From the IMG/VR virus record IMGVR_UViG_3300042564_003366, positions 8,400 through 72,399 of that record: a stretch of DNA of 64,000 nucleotides; one strand, given 5' to 3'. Shown piece after piece: positions 20,727-31,700 of the stretch. The notes beneath the pieces were generated by a model that was not told the origin of the DNA, searched no databases, and saw only the letters and a list, made by a program, of their open reading frames with translations. The position numbers and the translations under genes are program-made. Each line of letters starts with the position of its first letter. Position 1 is the stretch's first letter. Origin of the DNA: a virus.

Positions 20727-23700
20727 TGCCAATAATTTATATTAAGAAAAGTCCAGGTAGTGGAATTGGAGTATTTGATAATTTAGTTGGATACCAGCTT
20801 GTACAAGGTGGGGGCTTAACCTATGGAAATTTCCAGTTTACCCCAAGTATAACGGAAAAAACATCACCAAGTTTTTATACAAATTTATTTGATAAGCCGA
20901 TAAATCTTTTGGACTTAGGTATTAGTGATATATCTAATGTAAGAGAAAGCATAACTAATGAATTGAATGTTGTTCCAAATTATGATATATCACAAGTTTT
21001 TAATTTTTCATTATACGGTTCATTATCAAAAAGATTTTCAGTTTCAATAACTAAAATTATAAATTATTTTCCAGCGTCTATTGATGTTAATTTATATGAT
21101 GATAATTTAGTTACTGGTTATACTGCGACAAATATTTCTTATGAATTAGACAGCACAACATTTGATATTGATGTATTGAAAATAAAGAATCCATTTGGTG
21201 TGGATTTTACTAAAAATGCAGCAATTAATATTAGTTCAAACGAAATTAGTGTTAGTAAGTTTAGGGATTTAACAACATACTATAAAGATTATGTTTTAGA
21301 CATTCAAGGGGAACAATATCCAATAACTATATTAAATCCTACGGATAGTTTAACAAGTGGGGTATTGAATATTACCGTGTCTGGCAACCCATTTAATATT
21401 CTTGTTTATCAAGTAGAACAATCAACAACGCCTTTTATAATTAGACCTAGCGATTTTTTATATAATTTAGTTTTGAAGAGTGATTTTGACGAGGTTGAAC
21501 AATACATGTTAAATACATTAACAAATCCAGTTTACACTATGAACTTACAAGTTCCAGAGGAGAAAGAAGATGGTAGTTTTGTTATTGTTAATTATAGTTT
21601 AAATTGGCCACTAGATGGTAGTTGGAATTTAGATATCTCATCCGAGAGTTTTGATACTTATTTGAATAAACTACAAGAGATTTCTGAGTATTTTGATGGG
21701 GTTAAAACCAACTTGATATCGAGATTTTTTGTTGCTGATTCTTTAAAAGAATTTGATACAAATGACCGTAGAGTTGAAAGTGTTTTACAAATATATGGTC
21801 GTAGTTTTGATGAGGTAAAGAAATTTATTGATTCATTAGGTTATATGAACTCCATTAACTATGTACCTAAAAACGATATTCCTTCACAATTATTGTCTGA
21901 TTTAAGTAAAACATTAGGCTGGGGGGATAACTTTGATTTCTTATATGATAAGTCATTAATCGACTCAATTTTTGGGACAAGTGAAAGCGGCATATATTCT
22001 GCTTATAGCAGAACTCAAACGCCATTGGAATTAAATTATGCTTTTTATAGAAATTTAGTAATAAATTCATTTTACTTATTTAAGTCAAAGGGTACAAGAA
22101 GACCTATTGAATTTTTAATGAAGTTATTTGGTGTTCCAGATGCAATGATTCAATTTAATGAGCATATTTACTTGGCAGATGGCCCAGTAGATTTAAATAA
22201 ATTTAATAATGCGATAGAAAAATTGGATGGGGGTTTTTATATTGATTCTGATCCTATTTTCACCAATCAAACATATACGATTGAGGGTATTTTATTTACT
22301 GGCTTTACGTCAAATAATGATTCTGTTGTAGTTAATTATAATATAAATGATTATCCTGTTTATACTGCAACTGGTTACCCCAAAAAGGTTAGTAATCCAG
22401 ATTTTTATTTCCAAAAAGGTGCTGGCTGGTATGAACTGACCCCACCTCATAGGAGTTTAGAAATACCAAAGAGAGTAGTTAGTGGGGATACGACAACATA
22501 TAGTTCAGAATTCGAAGGCTTCACATATGGCCAAAAATATTTAGATTTATTCAGAAGGTTTCCATACATGGACGATGGTTTTGGTTTGACTAAAACGATT
22601 GATAATAAGAAATCTTGGAATGTTCTTGATGTGTTAACTAGAAAATCATTAGATGGTGACTATAACGCATATTATTTCTTAAATACTGAAAGGTTATTAT
22701 TAAATGTTAAGAACATTGATTTGTATATAAACCCATCACAAGCAATTGTTTATGATATTTGGTTGAAGTCTGTTGAAAACAACTATCCGATACCACAAGA
22801 GGGGTTAAATTTATCTAATACTGGTTCACCAAATGACCCTAGTGGGGATAGTAAAGATAGTACGAAGATAATTCCTAGCCCCAAGACGAAGACGTTTTTT
22901 GAGTTTCTACAAACATTTTCATCAAATATGATTAATGTTAGAAACCGCTTATACATTACAGATAATAAGACTGGGGGGTACCCTGTTTTGCAATACATAT
23001 TTTGGAAATATCTTGAAGCACAACAAATTTCTGGTGCGACAAACAAATATACCTATAATAATTTAATTGAATATGTTAACAATATAAATCCGTATTGGGT
23101 TAAAATTGTTGAACAAATGATTCCTGCTACAACTATATGGAATACAGGTGGTAGGTATGAGAATACCCCTTTTCATCGTCAGAAATATGTATATAAAAGA
23201 AGATTGGGTTGCGTTGTTGGGGAAATACCAAATAAGAAAGTATTGAATCAATATACTGAAATAAATATTTGGTACACATCTGGTGTTGAAATGACAGAAA
23301 CCTATAATGCTTTAATCGAAATGAGGGATACTGTTTTAAGAGATTGTTTCTTAACATACTATAATAATGATATTTCTTTATACGAACAAAATGTAAAAAT
23401 AAGAGAGTTTTCTGGTAAAGTTTCCAAAAATAGAACATTTTACGCTTTAAATACTTCTGGTTCGACACAATCAGTTAAGAGTGTTATTAATCTTGTATTC
23501 CAAGATGAGGCTCAAAATGCATACACAGGGGTTGATTTTAATATAAATAACACCCCAACTGACAGATATGTATTAGATATAGCTGATTTAAGAAATGGGA
23601 TTTCAGGTTTTACGAAATCATATTATACTGGAATAATATTTAGAATTAATACAAATAATACAACATCAAGCGACTTTAGAAAGTTACTAGTTGCGATTAA

Positions 23701-24343
23701 GGATGGTGCTGGTAGTTATAGTGGTGAGTTAGGTTTGTCAGATAAAAATCAATTCAGTTATTTATTGGATGTGGATAAAGGATTGTCTTCATTATATTAT
23801 AGCAATCTAATTGTATCTGCATTAAATAATATTGGCTTTAACCTACAAAACTGCACACAAAGTAAAACGGTGGTAAATAATTTTAAAGGGTTAAATTTAG
23901 CATTACCAAAAGAGGATATCATAAATAGTGATATTTTTAATGGTATTTGTCAAAAGAATTTAATAGAAATAATTTCAATACCTAATGAAAAGTTTGTTGA
24001 TATATTAAGAACTAATATAATGAATGCGAAGGAAACTGCATTAGGTACCTGTGATGATAACAAAGTATTAACAACTTGGTTCTTAGAGTTTAAACTAGGG
24101 GCTAATACATTAATCAGAAGTAGTTTTTATAGTGGTCTTGGTAATACCGATGCTCCAACTGAAGCCATCTGGAATAGCGCATTAACCAATATCTTACCAG
24201 AATTAATTAGTAATAATATTAACTACCAAGTTCCGACAAACAATCAAGTAACTTTAACGGATTTATTTTGTAAAACAATAAATACGGATAATAAAAAGAT
24301 GACACTTAATATTAGTGTTGATGTAACATTAATTTGTGAATAA
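20726..24343 (+). CDS. baseplate/tail protein with P2 gpI / T4 gp7-like segment
   Basis: LLSDLSKTLGW...YRNLVINSFYLFKSKGTRRPIEFLMKLFG resembles the KGT..AI...L..FG motif of tail protein I-like wedge proteins. Confidence 0.6.
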   Translation: MPIIYIKKSPGSGIGVFDNLVGYQLVQGGGLTYGNFQFTPSITEKTSPSFYTNLFDKPINLLDLGISDISNVRESITNELNVVPNYDISQVFNFSLYGSLSKRFSVSITKIINYFPASIDVNLYDDNLVTGYTATNISYELDSTTFDIDVLKIKNPFGVDFTKNAAINISSNEISVSKFRDLTTYYKDYVLDIQGEQYPITILNPTDSLTSGVLNITVSGNPFNILVYQVEQSTTPFIIRPSDFLYNLVLKSDFDEVEQYMLNTLTNPVYTMNLQVPEEKEDGSFVIVNYSLNWPLDGSWNLDISSESFDTYLNKLQEISEYFDGVKTNLISRFFVADSLKEFDTNDRRVESVLQIYGRSFDEVKKFIDSLGYMNSINYVPKNDIPSQLLSDLSKTLGWGDNFDFLYDKSLIDSIFGTSESGIYSAYSRTQTPLELNYAFYRNLVINSFYLFKSKGTRRPIEFLMKLFGVPDAMIQFNEHIYLADGPVDLNKFNNAIEKLDGGFYIDSDPIFTNQTYTIEGILFTGFTSNNDSVVVNYNINDYPVYTATGYPKKVSNPDFYFQKGAGWYELTPPHRSLEIPKRVVSGDTTTYSSEFEGFTYGQKYLDLFRRFPYMDDGFGLTKTIDNKKSWNVLDVLTRKSLDGDYNAYYFLNTERLLLNVKNIDLYINPSQAIVYDIWLKSVENNYPIPQEGLNLSNTGSPNDPSGDSKDSTKIIPSPKTKTFFEFLQTFSSNMINVRNRLYITDNKTGGYPVLQYIFWKYLEAQQISGATNKYTYNNLIEYVNNINPYWVKIVEQMIPATTIWNTGGRYENTPFHRQKYVYKRRLGCVVGEIPNKKVLNQYTEINIWYTSGVEMTETYNALIEMRDTVLRDCFLTYYNNDISLYEQNVKIREFSGKVSKNRTFYALNTSGSTQSVKSVINLVFQDEAQNAYTGVDFNINNTPTDRYVLDIADLRNGISGFTKSYYTGIIFRINTNNTTSSDFRKLLVAIKDGAGSYSGELGLSDKNQFSYLLDVDKGLSSLYYSNLIVSALNNIGFNLQNCTQSKTVVNNFKGLNLALPKEDIINSDIFNGICQKNLIEIISIPNEKFVDILRTNIMNAKETALGTCDDNKVLTTWFLEFKLGANTLIRSSFYSGLGNTDAPTEAIWNSALTNILPELISNNINYQVPTNNQVTLTDLFCKTINTDNKKMTLNISVDVTLICE

Positions 24344-26481
24344 TGGCAGCATTTACTTATAATTTAATTTTAACAGGGGATTGTAGTAATACTAATATTG
24401 GGGCATTTTCTATGACTTTATCTGGGGGAACGCCACCATACTCTGTTCAATTTTCAGCACCATTAGAATCATATGATGTTTCATTAACAACCTCACCTAT
24501 AATTGTAAATAGTCTAAGCGCTAGCACATATTCTGCAAGAATAAATGATTCTTCATTGCCTATTAATACCGAATATTATATTAATATTCCGATATCAAGT
24601 GGGTTCTGTGGGAATATTGTAAATGTTACAAATACAACTTGTGACGCATCTAACGGATCTGTTACTGCTACCACAACATCTTATAACACATCTGTTTATA
24701 CTTATTTATATAGACAAGACAATGTATTGATATCGAGCAAAGGTGCTACAAATAATAATATTATTTACGATAATTTAAGTGGTGGTACATACTATATTTA
24801 TATTGAAGATATTGGGGGTTGTACTGCAAAAACTGAATCATTTATAATTAAAGAATCTATTGATTTTGATTTTGGTTACTTTGCCGTTAAGAGTTCACCT
24901 TGTTTTTCTGGTGAAACGGGTAAGATATATATAACAGGAGAAACGGGAACGCCACCATATAGTTACTATTGGAGTGTTCCACAAACCGGGAATACGGTAA
25001 GCGGTCTAACCTCTGGTTTATATTCCGTTGAGGTTGTTGATGGTAATAATTGCTCAAAATCAAAAACTATCGAAATTCTTGATGCTAGTGAAATGGGTAT
25101 TGTTTCAGTAGTTAATACCCCACCGAGTTGTTTTAATGCGAATGGGGGTATTAGTGTTACCATATCTGGTGGTACTGCGCCATTTTATTATTTATTAGAT
25201 AGTGGTTTTGCTGATATTTCATACGAAAATACATTTGTCGCAACTGGATTAACATCTGGGGGGTACACATTAAAAATTACTGATGCTGCCTTATGTGAGG
25301 TAGAAAGTTTAATAACGTTGACATCTGTCAATGGTATGTCATCGGTTGATATTATAGGTATTAATTCATCTTGTTCTAATTCTGGGGGCAGCATTACGAT
25401 AAATACTAATGGTGGCGTTGGCCCATTTACATTTGGGTTAATAACACCAAGTGGCAACACAATTACAAATACATCTTCATCTAGTAGTTTCACATTTTCA
25501 AGTTTAAGTGGAGGGACATATACTGCTTATGTTTCTGATTCAACAAGTTGCAATTATAGTGAAGAAATAACTATTATAACAGAAGATAAGTTTACTTTAA
25601 GTTATACGACTACCAATACAACTTGTGGGGATTCAAATGGATCAGTATCAATGCTTATAACGTCAGGCGGTACACCACCATATAATTTTTATTTAGGAAA
25701 CAATTTTGCAGTAATAGGTACCATTTTAACCGCACATACATTTAATAATGTTTCAGTAGGTCAATACTCATTAAGAGTGGTGGATAGTTTGGGTTGTGAA
25801 CAAGTAAAACAAGTTTCTATTAGCCAGAGTAGTGGTATAGAATTTAATTTATATCCAATATCTTGTGAAAGTGGTAATGATGGGTCTATTAACGCTTTTA
25901 TATCAAAAGGTAAACCTCCATTTACATTTAACTGGAGTAATAATATCCCTAACAACCCACAATCCATTAGTGTTTATAATTTAAGTGGGGGAACATATAG
26001 TTTAAACCTAGTTGATTCAGATGGTTGTAGTTTAACAAAACAAACAAATGTTTCATGTTTTAAAGCATATACTAGCACTCAGACTTATACAATTGATACT
26101 GAACAATTTGTTGTACAACCTATGAGTAGTAATTCATTACTTGATATTTTAAATGATGGATTTAATGACTTAACTTTGGGGAATACATCTTGCTACTTAA
26201 ATACTGCCATATATGAATTAATAATTGATTTGAATCCTATGATGTATAGTGCTAGTACGATATTCTTTACTGGTGATACAAGGACAAAAGTCCCCTCAGA
26301 TTCTGAATATGCTGATGTATTAAAATCAATTATTAAAGATGTGCCAGGTGTTGAAAGTGTTGAATATGACTTGTTCACAAATAAAGTTAAAATTATAGCT
26401 GAACCTAATAATCAACAAATATTATCGCAGGTTTTAACAATAAGATTAAAAATAACATATGATATTATTTGCACATCATGA
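24343..26481 (+). CDS. SprB-repeat protein (tandem beta-sandwich, putative fibre/adhesin)
   Basis: About 7 repeats of C...NG.I......GGTPPY.Y.W.......L.SG.Y.V.V.D..C. Confidence 0.8.
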   Translation: MAAFTYNLILTGDCSNTNIGAFSMTLSGGTPPYSVQFSAPLESYDVSLTTSPIIVNSLSASTYSARINDSSLPINTEYYINIPISSGFCGNIVNVTNTTCDASNGSVTATTTSYNTSVYTYLYRQDNVLISSKGATNNNIIYDNLSGGTYYIYIEDIGGCTAKTESFIIKESIDFDFGYFAVKSSPCFSGETGKIYITGETGTPPYSYYWSVPQTGNTVSGLTSGLYSVEVVDGNNCSKSKTIEILDASEMGIVSVVNTPPSCFNANGGISVTISGGTAPFYYLLDSGFADISYENTFVATGLTSGGYTLKITDAALCEVESLITLTSVNGMSSVDIIGINSSCSNSGGSITINTNGGVGPFTFGLITPSGNTITNTSSSSSFTFSSLSGGTYTAYVSDSTSCNYSEEITIITEDKFTLSYTTTNTTCGDSNGSVSMLITSGGTPPYNFYLGNNFAVIGTILTAHTFNNVSVGQYSLRVVDSLGCEQVKQVSISQSSGIEFNLYPISCESGNDGSINAFISKGKPPFTFNWSNNIPNNPQSISVYNLSGGTYSLNLVDSDGCSLTKQTNVSCFKAYTSTQTYTIDTEQFVVQPMSSNSLLDILNDGFNDLTLGNTSCYLNTAIYELIIDLNPMMYSASTIFFTGDTRTKVPSDSEYADVLKSIIKDVPGVESVEYDLFTNKVKIIAEPNNQQILSQVLTIRLKITYDIICTS

Positions 26482-26741
26482 CAAAAATTGTTTTATCAAA
26501 TTTGGTTGGGTCATACCCTTTGAAGATTTACATATCTGACGTATATGGGGGTAATGAAACGTATCTGGGTCAAGTAAATTCATACTTCAGTGGAACAACT
26601 GAATATAATCTTCCTTTGGTTTTTGCAACTGCGCCACAAGTAACCATAAAAATAATAGATTCATTAAATGAGGCTATTGAGAGGAAATTAAATTGCCAAT
26701 TTAATTGTGATTTGATTGTTGACATATCAATTGTAGCATGA
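26478..26741 (+). CDS. small beta-rich protein, paralogue family A
   Basis: ATG at 26478 overlaps the upstream stop (ATGA). Similar to 26738..26956 and 44566..44874. Confidence 0.7.
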   Translation: MTKIVLSNLVGSYPLKIYISDVYGGNETYLGQVNSYFSGTTEYNLPLVFATAPQVTIKIIDSLNEAIERKLNCQFNCDLIVDISIVA

Positions 26742-26956
26742 ATGTAATAACAATAACTGACTTGGTTGGGGCGATGCCTTTATATATTTACATTTCAGAT
26801 GGGAATGGTAATAATAAAACATATATTACAACAATTTATCAATTTTGTTATTCACTTGATGTAGAAGTACCAAGTTTTTTTAATGGTCAAACAACTTTAA
26901 TTATAACAATACAAGATATATATGGTAATGAAACTTTCAAGATAATAAGTTGTTGA
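26738..26956 (+). CDS. small beta-rich protein, paralogue family A
   Basis: I.DLVGA.PL.IYISD.NG.N.TY pattern shared with the upstream gene. Confidence 0.7.
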   Translation: MNVITITDLVGAMPLYIYISDGNGNNKTYITTIYQFCYSLDVEVPSFFNGQTTLIITIQDIYGNETFKIISC

Positions 26957-26960
26957 GTTT

Positions 26961-28064
26961 ATGGCAGTATATAAGTTTATAATATATAATCAAAATCCGA
27001 TATGTGGTTCAAAATATGAGCAAAATATCAATACAAGTGGTTGTACTACTTTTCTATTAAAATTAAATAACTTATCAACATCAGAGGGACCATTCAATAT
27101 TTATATTGATACAATCAATTCAACACCAATATATACAAATATTACCAGAAACCAATTATCCGCTGGCGTTCAATATAGCTTGGAGTGTCCAACGCCATCA
27201 GCAACAATACCATCTACACCATGTATTACAAGAACGCCAACGATAACTCCGACTGTAACAGTTACATCAGGTTTAATACCTACACCACCACCAACACCAT
27301 CAATAACAAGAAGTGTTACACCAACAATAACAATAACTCCAAGTATAACAAGAACAATAACTCCAACACCGTCAATAACTCCAAGTATAACAAGAACAAT
27401 AACACCAACACCATCAATAACTCCAACGATAACTCCAACAAATACACCTTCAATTACGCCATCGAACTTGCCATTTTATGCTTATGTATTTGCAGAGCCA
27501 CAAACATATAATAATGGGGTTGAATTAGAAAATTACATGTTAAGTAGTGGTGCAACTTGGGGTGGATACCAATTCTATGGCGTACCAAGTACGATAGACT
27601 ATTCTAACAATTTAAATACATACGCACATTATTCTGGATGGACAAGTAATTCTAATAATTACATAACAAGCCCAACCAATATGTCATCAATAATAAAACA
27701 ATCAAGTGGTACGTCAGTTGATTCATTTGGTTGTACTCAGACCCAATATTCATTTGGTACCATACAGATAACAGAGTCTGATGTTAATCCAAACATTCAA
27801 TATTTTTATACTATATGGATACCAATCGCTGGTGTTGGAAATAATTTAAATAGTATGATAATTGATGCTGGAACAAGTTTGTGTGGAAATGAATATTTAA
27901 ATAACGGTATTCCAGATGATATAATTTTGCAAAATGTAACCATAACAAGTGGCGCAGTTATACCACCAGGTAATTATAGGGTACTTTGGCTACCTATTTT
28001 ATATTTACCAATAACAATTCCATTATACAATAATATTTATATAAAAGGTGAAATAAAATACTAA
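26961..28064 (+). CDS. protein with mucin-like Thr/Pro linker
   Basis: About 90 aa of (TPSITRTI/TPTI) repeats between two globular domains. Confidence 0.8.
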   Translation: MAVYKFIIYNQNPICGSKYEQNINTSGCTTFLLKLNNLSTSEGPFNIYIDTINSTPIYTNITRNQLSAGVQYSLECPTPSATIPSTPCITRTPTITPTVTVTSGLIPTPPPTPSITRSVTPTITITPSITRTITPTPSITPSITRTITPTPSITPTITPTNTPSITPSNLPFYAYVFAEPQTYNNGVELENYMLSSGATWGGYQFYGVPSTIDYSNNLNTYAHYSGWTSNSNNYITSPTNMSSIIKQSSGTSVDSFGCTQTQYSFGTIQITESDVNPNIQYFYTIWIPIAGVGNNLNSMIIDAGTSLCGNEYLNNGIPDDIILQNVTITSGAVIPPGNYRVLWLPILYLPITIPLYNNIYIKGEIKY

Positions 28065-28069
28065 ATAAT

Positions 28070-28657
28070 ATGGCAATAGGTTTTAAGCAATTTGTTCCAA
28101 ATTTAACAAATTACTACACATTCGCAACAGGATTTTCTGATATTGAATTAGAAGCAATTGAAAAATTAGCAGATAAAATACAATCTGAAAATGCATCTGT
28201 TTTAGGGTCTCCTAATAATGTTAATGATTATAGAAGGAGTACAATTAAATGGCTACCCAATGATGGGGAATATGCTTGGATATATGAGAAATTATTCAAT
28301 TACGCAGAAGAAGCAAATAATGTTATGTGGAAATTCAACATTGGAGACAATTTGGAGAAAATTCAATATACCATATATGATAGTTCAGATGCTGGAATGT
28401 ATGATTGGCATATTGATTGTGGTGATTCGTCACCATCTTGTTTTAGAAAAATATCTATAACAGTGCAACTTACAGGTCCTAATGATTATTCTGGGGGGGA
28501 TTTGATTTTGAAATATGGTAAAAATGATACATTCGTACCAAAAGATAAGGGTCGAGTGGTTATTTTTCCCTCATTTGCATTACATCGTGTTACTCCTGTT
28601 GAATCTGGTACTAGAAAATCTTTGGTTCTTTGGTTAGGTGGCTCATCATATAAATAA
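28070..28657 (+). CDS. 2OG-Fe(II) oxygenase (PKHD / prolyl-4-hydroxylase-like)
   Basis: YDWHID, RKISITVQL, YSGGDL, VIFPSFALHRVTPVESGTRKSLVLW (HxD...H...R). Confidence 0.9.
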   Translation: MAIGFKQFVPNLTNYYTFATGFSDIELEAIEKLADKIQSENASVLGSPNNVNDYRRSTIKWLPNDGEYAWIYEKLFNYAEEANNVMWKFNIGDNLEKIQYTIYDSSDAGMYDWHIDCGDSSPSCFRKISITVQLTGPNDYSGGDLILKYGKNDTFVPKDKGRVVIFPSFALHRVTPVESGTRKSLVLWLGGSSYK

Positions 28658-28693
28658 TTATATGGTTATATAAACAAATTTAAATAAAAAAAC

Positions 28694-28701
28694 TATTTAT
28701 A
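28694..28701 (+). promoter_or_regulatory. TATTTATA candidate late promoter
   Basis: Starts 23 nt before the tail fibre ATG 28717. Confidence 0.6.
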
Positions 28702-28716
28702 TAATAAAATAATAAT

Positions 28717-31700
28717 ATGCCAACTAGAGTTAATTTTGGATCGCAAATTAAATTAAGTCCAATTGAGGTAGCTTGTAAATTTGCAACAACAACAAATGTA
28801 TCTTTTTCAGGTATATCAACCATAGATGGATTTAGTTTAACAACAAATGACAGGGTATTAGTTTGGCAACAAATATTACCAGAAGAAAATGGTATATATA
28901 TTGTATCTGGTGATACAAATTTGGTTAGAGCAAATGGAGCAAAAGTAGCAACTGATTTTAAAATAGGCCAACAAGTTTTTGTATATTCAGGATCCACAAA
29001 TGGCGAAAAACTATTCTATTTAAAGACAAATGTAACAACCATTGGTGTTAGCCCAATTGTATATGATGTTTTTGCTGGACTTAGTGGTTCATCTGGAACA
29101 AGTGGTAGTTCGGGTACGAGTGGTGGAACTGGTAGTTCAGGTGCAAGTGGTTCATCAGGAACAAGTGGAACGGATGGTACGAGTGGAAGTTCGGGAACAA
29201 GTGGAACTGATGGCACAAGCGGTTCATCAGGAACAAGTGGAACGGATGGTACGAGTGGAAGTTCAGGAACAAGCGGAACGGATGGCACAAGTGGTAGTTC
29301 AGGAACAAGCGGAACAGATGGTACGAGTGGTTCATCTGGCACAAGCGGAACGGATGGTACAAGTGGTAGTTCAGGAACAAGTGGGAGTAGTGGTACATCT
29401 GGTAGTTCAGGAACAAGTGGAACAGATGGTACAAGTGGTTCATCAGGAACAAGTGGTAGTAGTGGAGTAACTGGTACAAGCGGAAGCAATGGAACATCAG
29501 CATTTATTGTGTCATCAGCATCAACACCATCACCAGTTAATTTGGATTCATCTTGTTATTGGTATGATACAACCAATAAATTGCCAATGGTTTCATATTA
29601 TGGATTTGGTAATATAAATTCTTGGTCAGCAGGAGGAGCAATGATAACAGCAAGACTATTATTAGAAGGAGCAGGAACTCAAAATGCAGGACTTGCTGTG
29701 GGAGGTTATACAAATGCAATGCCTGGAGTATCCTGCACCGAAGAATACGATGGCACATCTTGGTCAGCAGGAGGAGCATTGATAACAGCAAGATATACAT
29801 TAGCAGTAGCAGGAACACAAAATGTAGGTCTTGCATCAGGAGGTTTTACAAATGTGAATGTCTCGTGTACCGAAGAATATAACGGCACATCTTGGTCAGC
29901 GGGAGGTGCGTTTATAACAGCAAGAAGTAGTTTAGCAGGAGCAGGGACACAGAATGAAGGACTTTTAGTAGGAGGTGTTTTAGTCTCAAACCCAGGAGTT
30001 TCCTGTACCGAAGAATACAATGGCACATCTTGGTCAGCAGGAGGAGCAGTAATAACAGCAAGATACGGTTTAGCAGGTTCAGGAACACAAAATGAAGCAT
30101 TTGTAGCAGGAGGTTTTACAAATGCAGCAGTATCTTGTACCGAAGAATACAACGGCACATCTTGGTTAGCGGGTGGTGCAATGATAACGGCAAGAAGACA
30201 ATTAGCAGGTGCGGGAACACAGAATGAAGGGATTATGATAGGAGGAGGTACGATAGGTACATTTTTTTCTTGCACTGAAGAATATAATGGTACATCATGG
30301 TCAGCAGGTGGTGCATTGATAGTAGCGAGGAGAGGATTGGCAGGGGCAGGAACACAAAGTGCAGGACTTGCAGCGGGAGGTACGTCAAATACAAATCTAA
30401 CTTGTACCGAAGAATATTCTAATTTTGGTTTAATTAATAGTACAGGTGCAGGAACATCTGGAACAAGTGGAGTTAGCGGTAGTTCTGGTGTTAGCGGTTC
30501 ATCAGGAACAAGTGGTGCGGCAGGTTCGATGGGACCCCCAGGACCAAATGGTGCGCCTGGTGCAAGTGGTTCGTCAGGAACAAGTGGTAGTAGTGGAAGT
30601 AGGGGTACAAGCGGAGTAAGTGGTTCGTCAGGAACAAGTGGTGCGGCAGGTTCAATGGGACCCCCAGGACCAAATGGACCCCCAGGGCCTCCAGGACCTG
30701 CTGGAGCAAGTGCTGGAATTACATCATACACAAATCCAGCAGATAATAGAGTAATAACATCAGTTAATTCAACAACTATAAATGCAGAATCAAATTTAAC
30801 TTTTGATGGTACAACATTAATTGTTACTGGAAATCAACAAGTTACTGGTGGTAGTTATGATTCGGGTATTACAAGAATAAATAATCCAGGTGGAGCATTT
30901 TATACAACTACAACTGCAACAATCACTGGTGCATTTAGGATAGCTTTACCCACCGCTTCTGGTGGTCAGTTTCCAATGTTACAATTTACAATAAATATTT
31001 ATCGTTATTCTACAGGTTTAAGTACAAGAATTAGAGTGGGGGGACATATTTCAAGTAGTCTGTGGTATAATGTTTTTGCATATGCTATTACTGATTCTGC
31101 TCCTAATTATAATGTAAGATTTGGAAATAATGGTGGATCAGATATGTATGTTTGGGTTGGCGAAACAAGTACAGTATGGGAATACCCACAAATTTTTATA
31201 ACAGATTTCCAAAATGGATATTCTGCTATATCTTCTTTTTGGGCAACTGGATGGGCAATAACTCCTCAAACAAGTTTCAATACCGTTCAAATAACTAGAG
31301 CATCTGCACTATCGTTAAATACAAATAATTATACTTCTTATTCTCCTACTTTAACAGGTACAGGTGCATCTGGTACTTGGGGTATTAGTATAACGGGTAA
31401 TGCAGATACTGTAGATGGATTTAGCGCATCTCAATCGACGATAGCAAACGGAATCGTAGTAAGAGATGCAAATGGATACATCTTTGGTAATTATATAAAT
31501 TTAACAGATGATGGTAATCCTGGTGGAGGAACTTCCATCTCATCGTTTATAACAAAACAGGGTGATAACTACTATCGTTCAGTATCTCCGACTAATGCTA
31601 TGGTTTCAATTAGAGGTGTTGCATCTGGTACTTCTTGGGCTATAGGTGTGACAGGTAACGCTGGTTCTGTCACTTACTTACTTAATAGAACTGATTCAGC

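Noticed and set aside
29016-30731. Overlapping ORFs in other frames across the fibre gene (29016..29489, 29042..29470, 29081..29503, 29706..30731)
   Set aside because: Artefacts of low-complexity G-X-Y and Kelch repeats.
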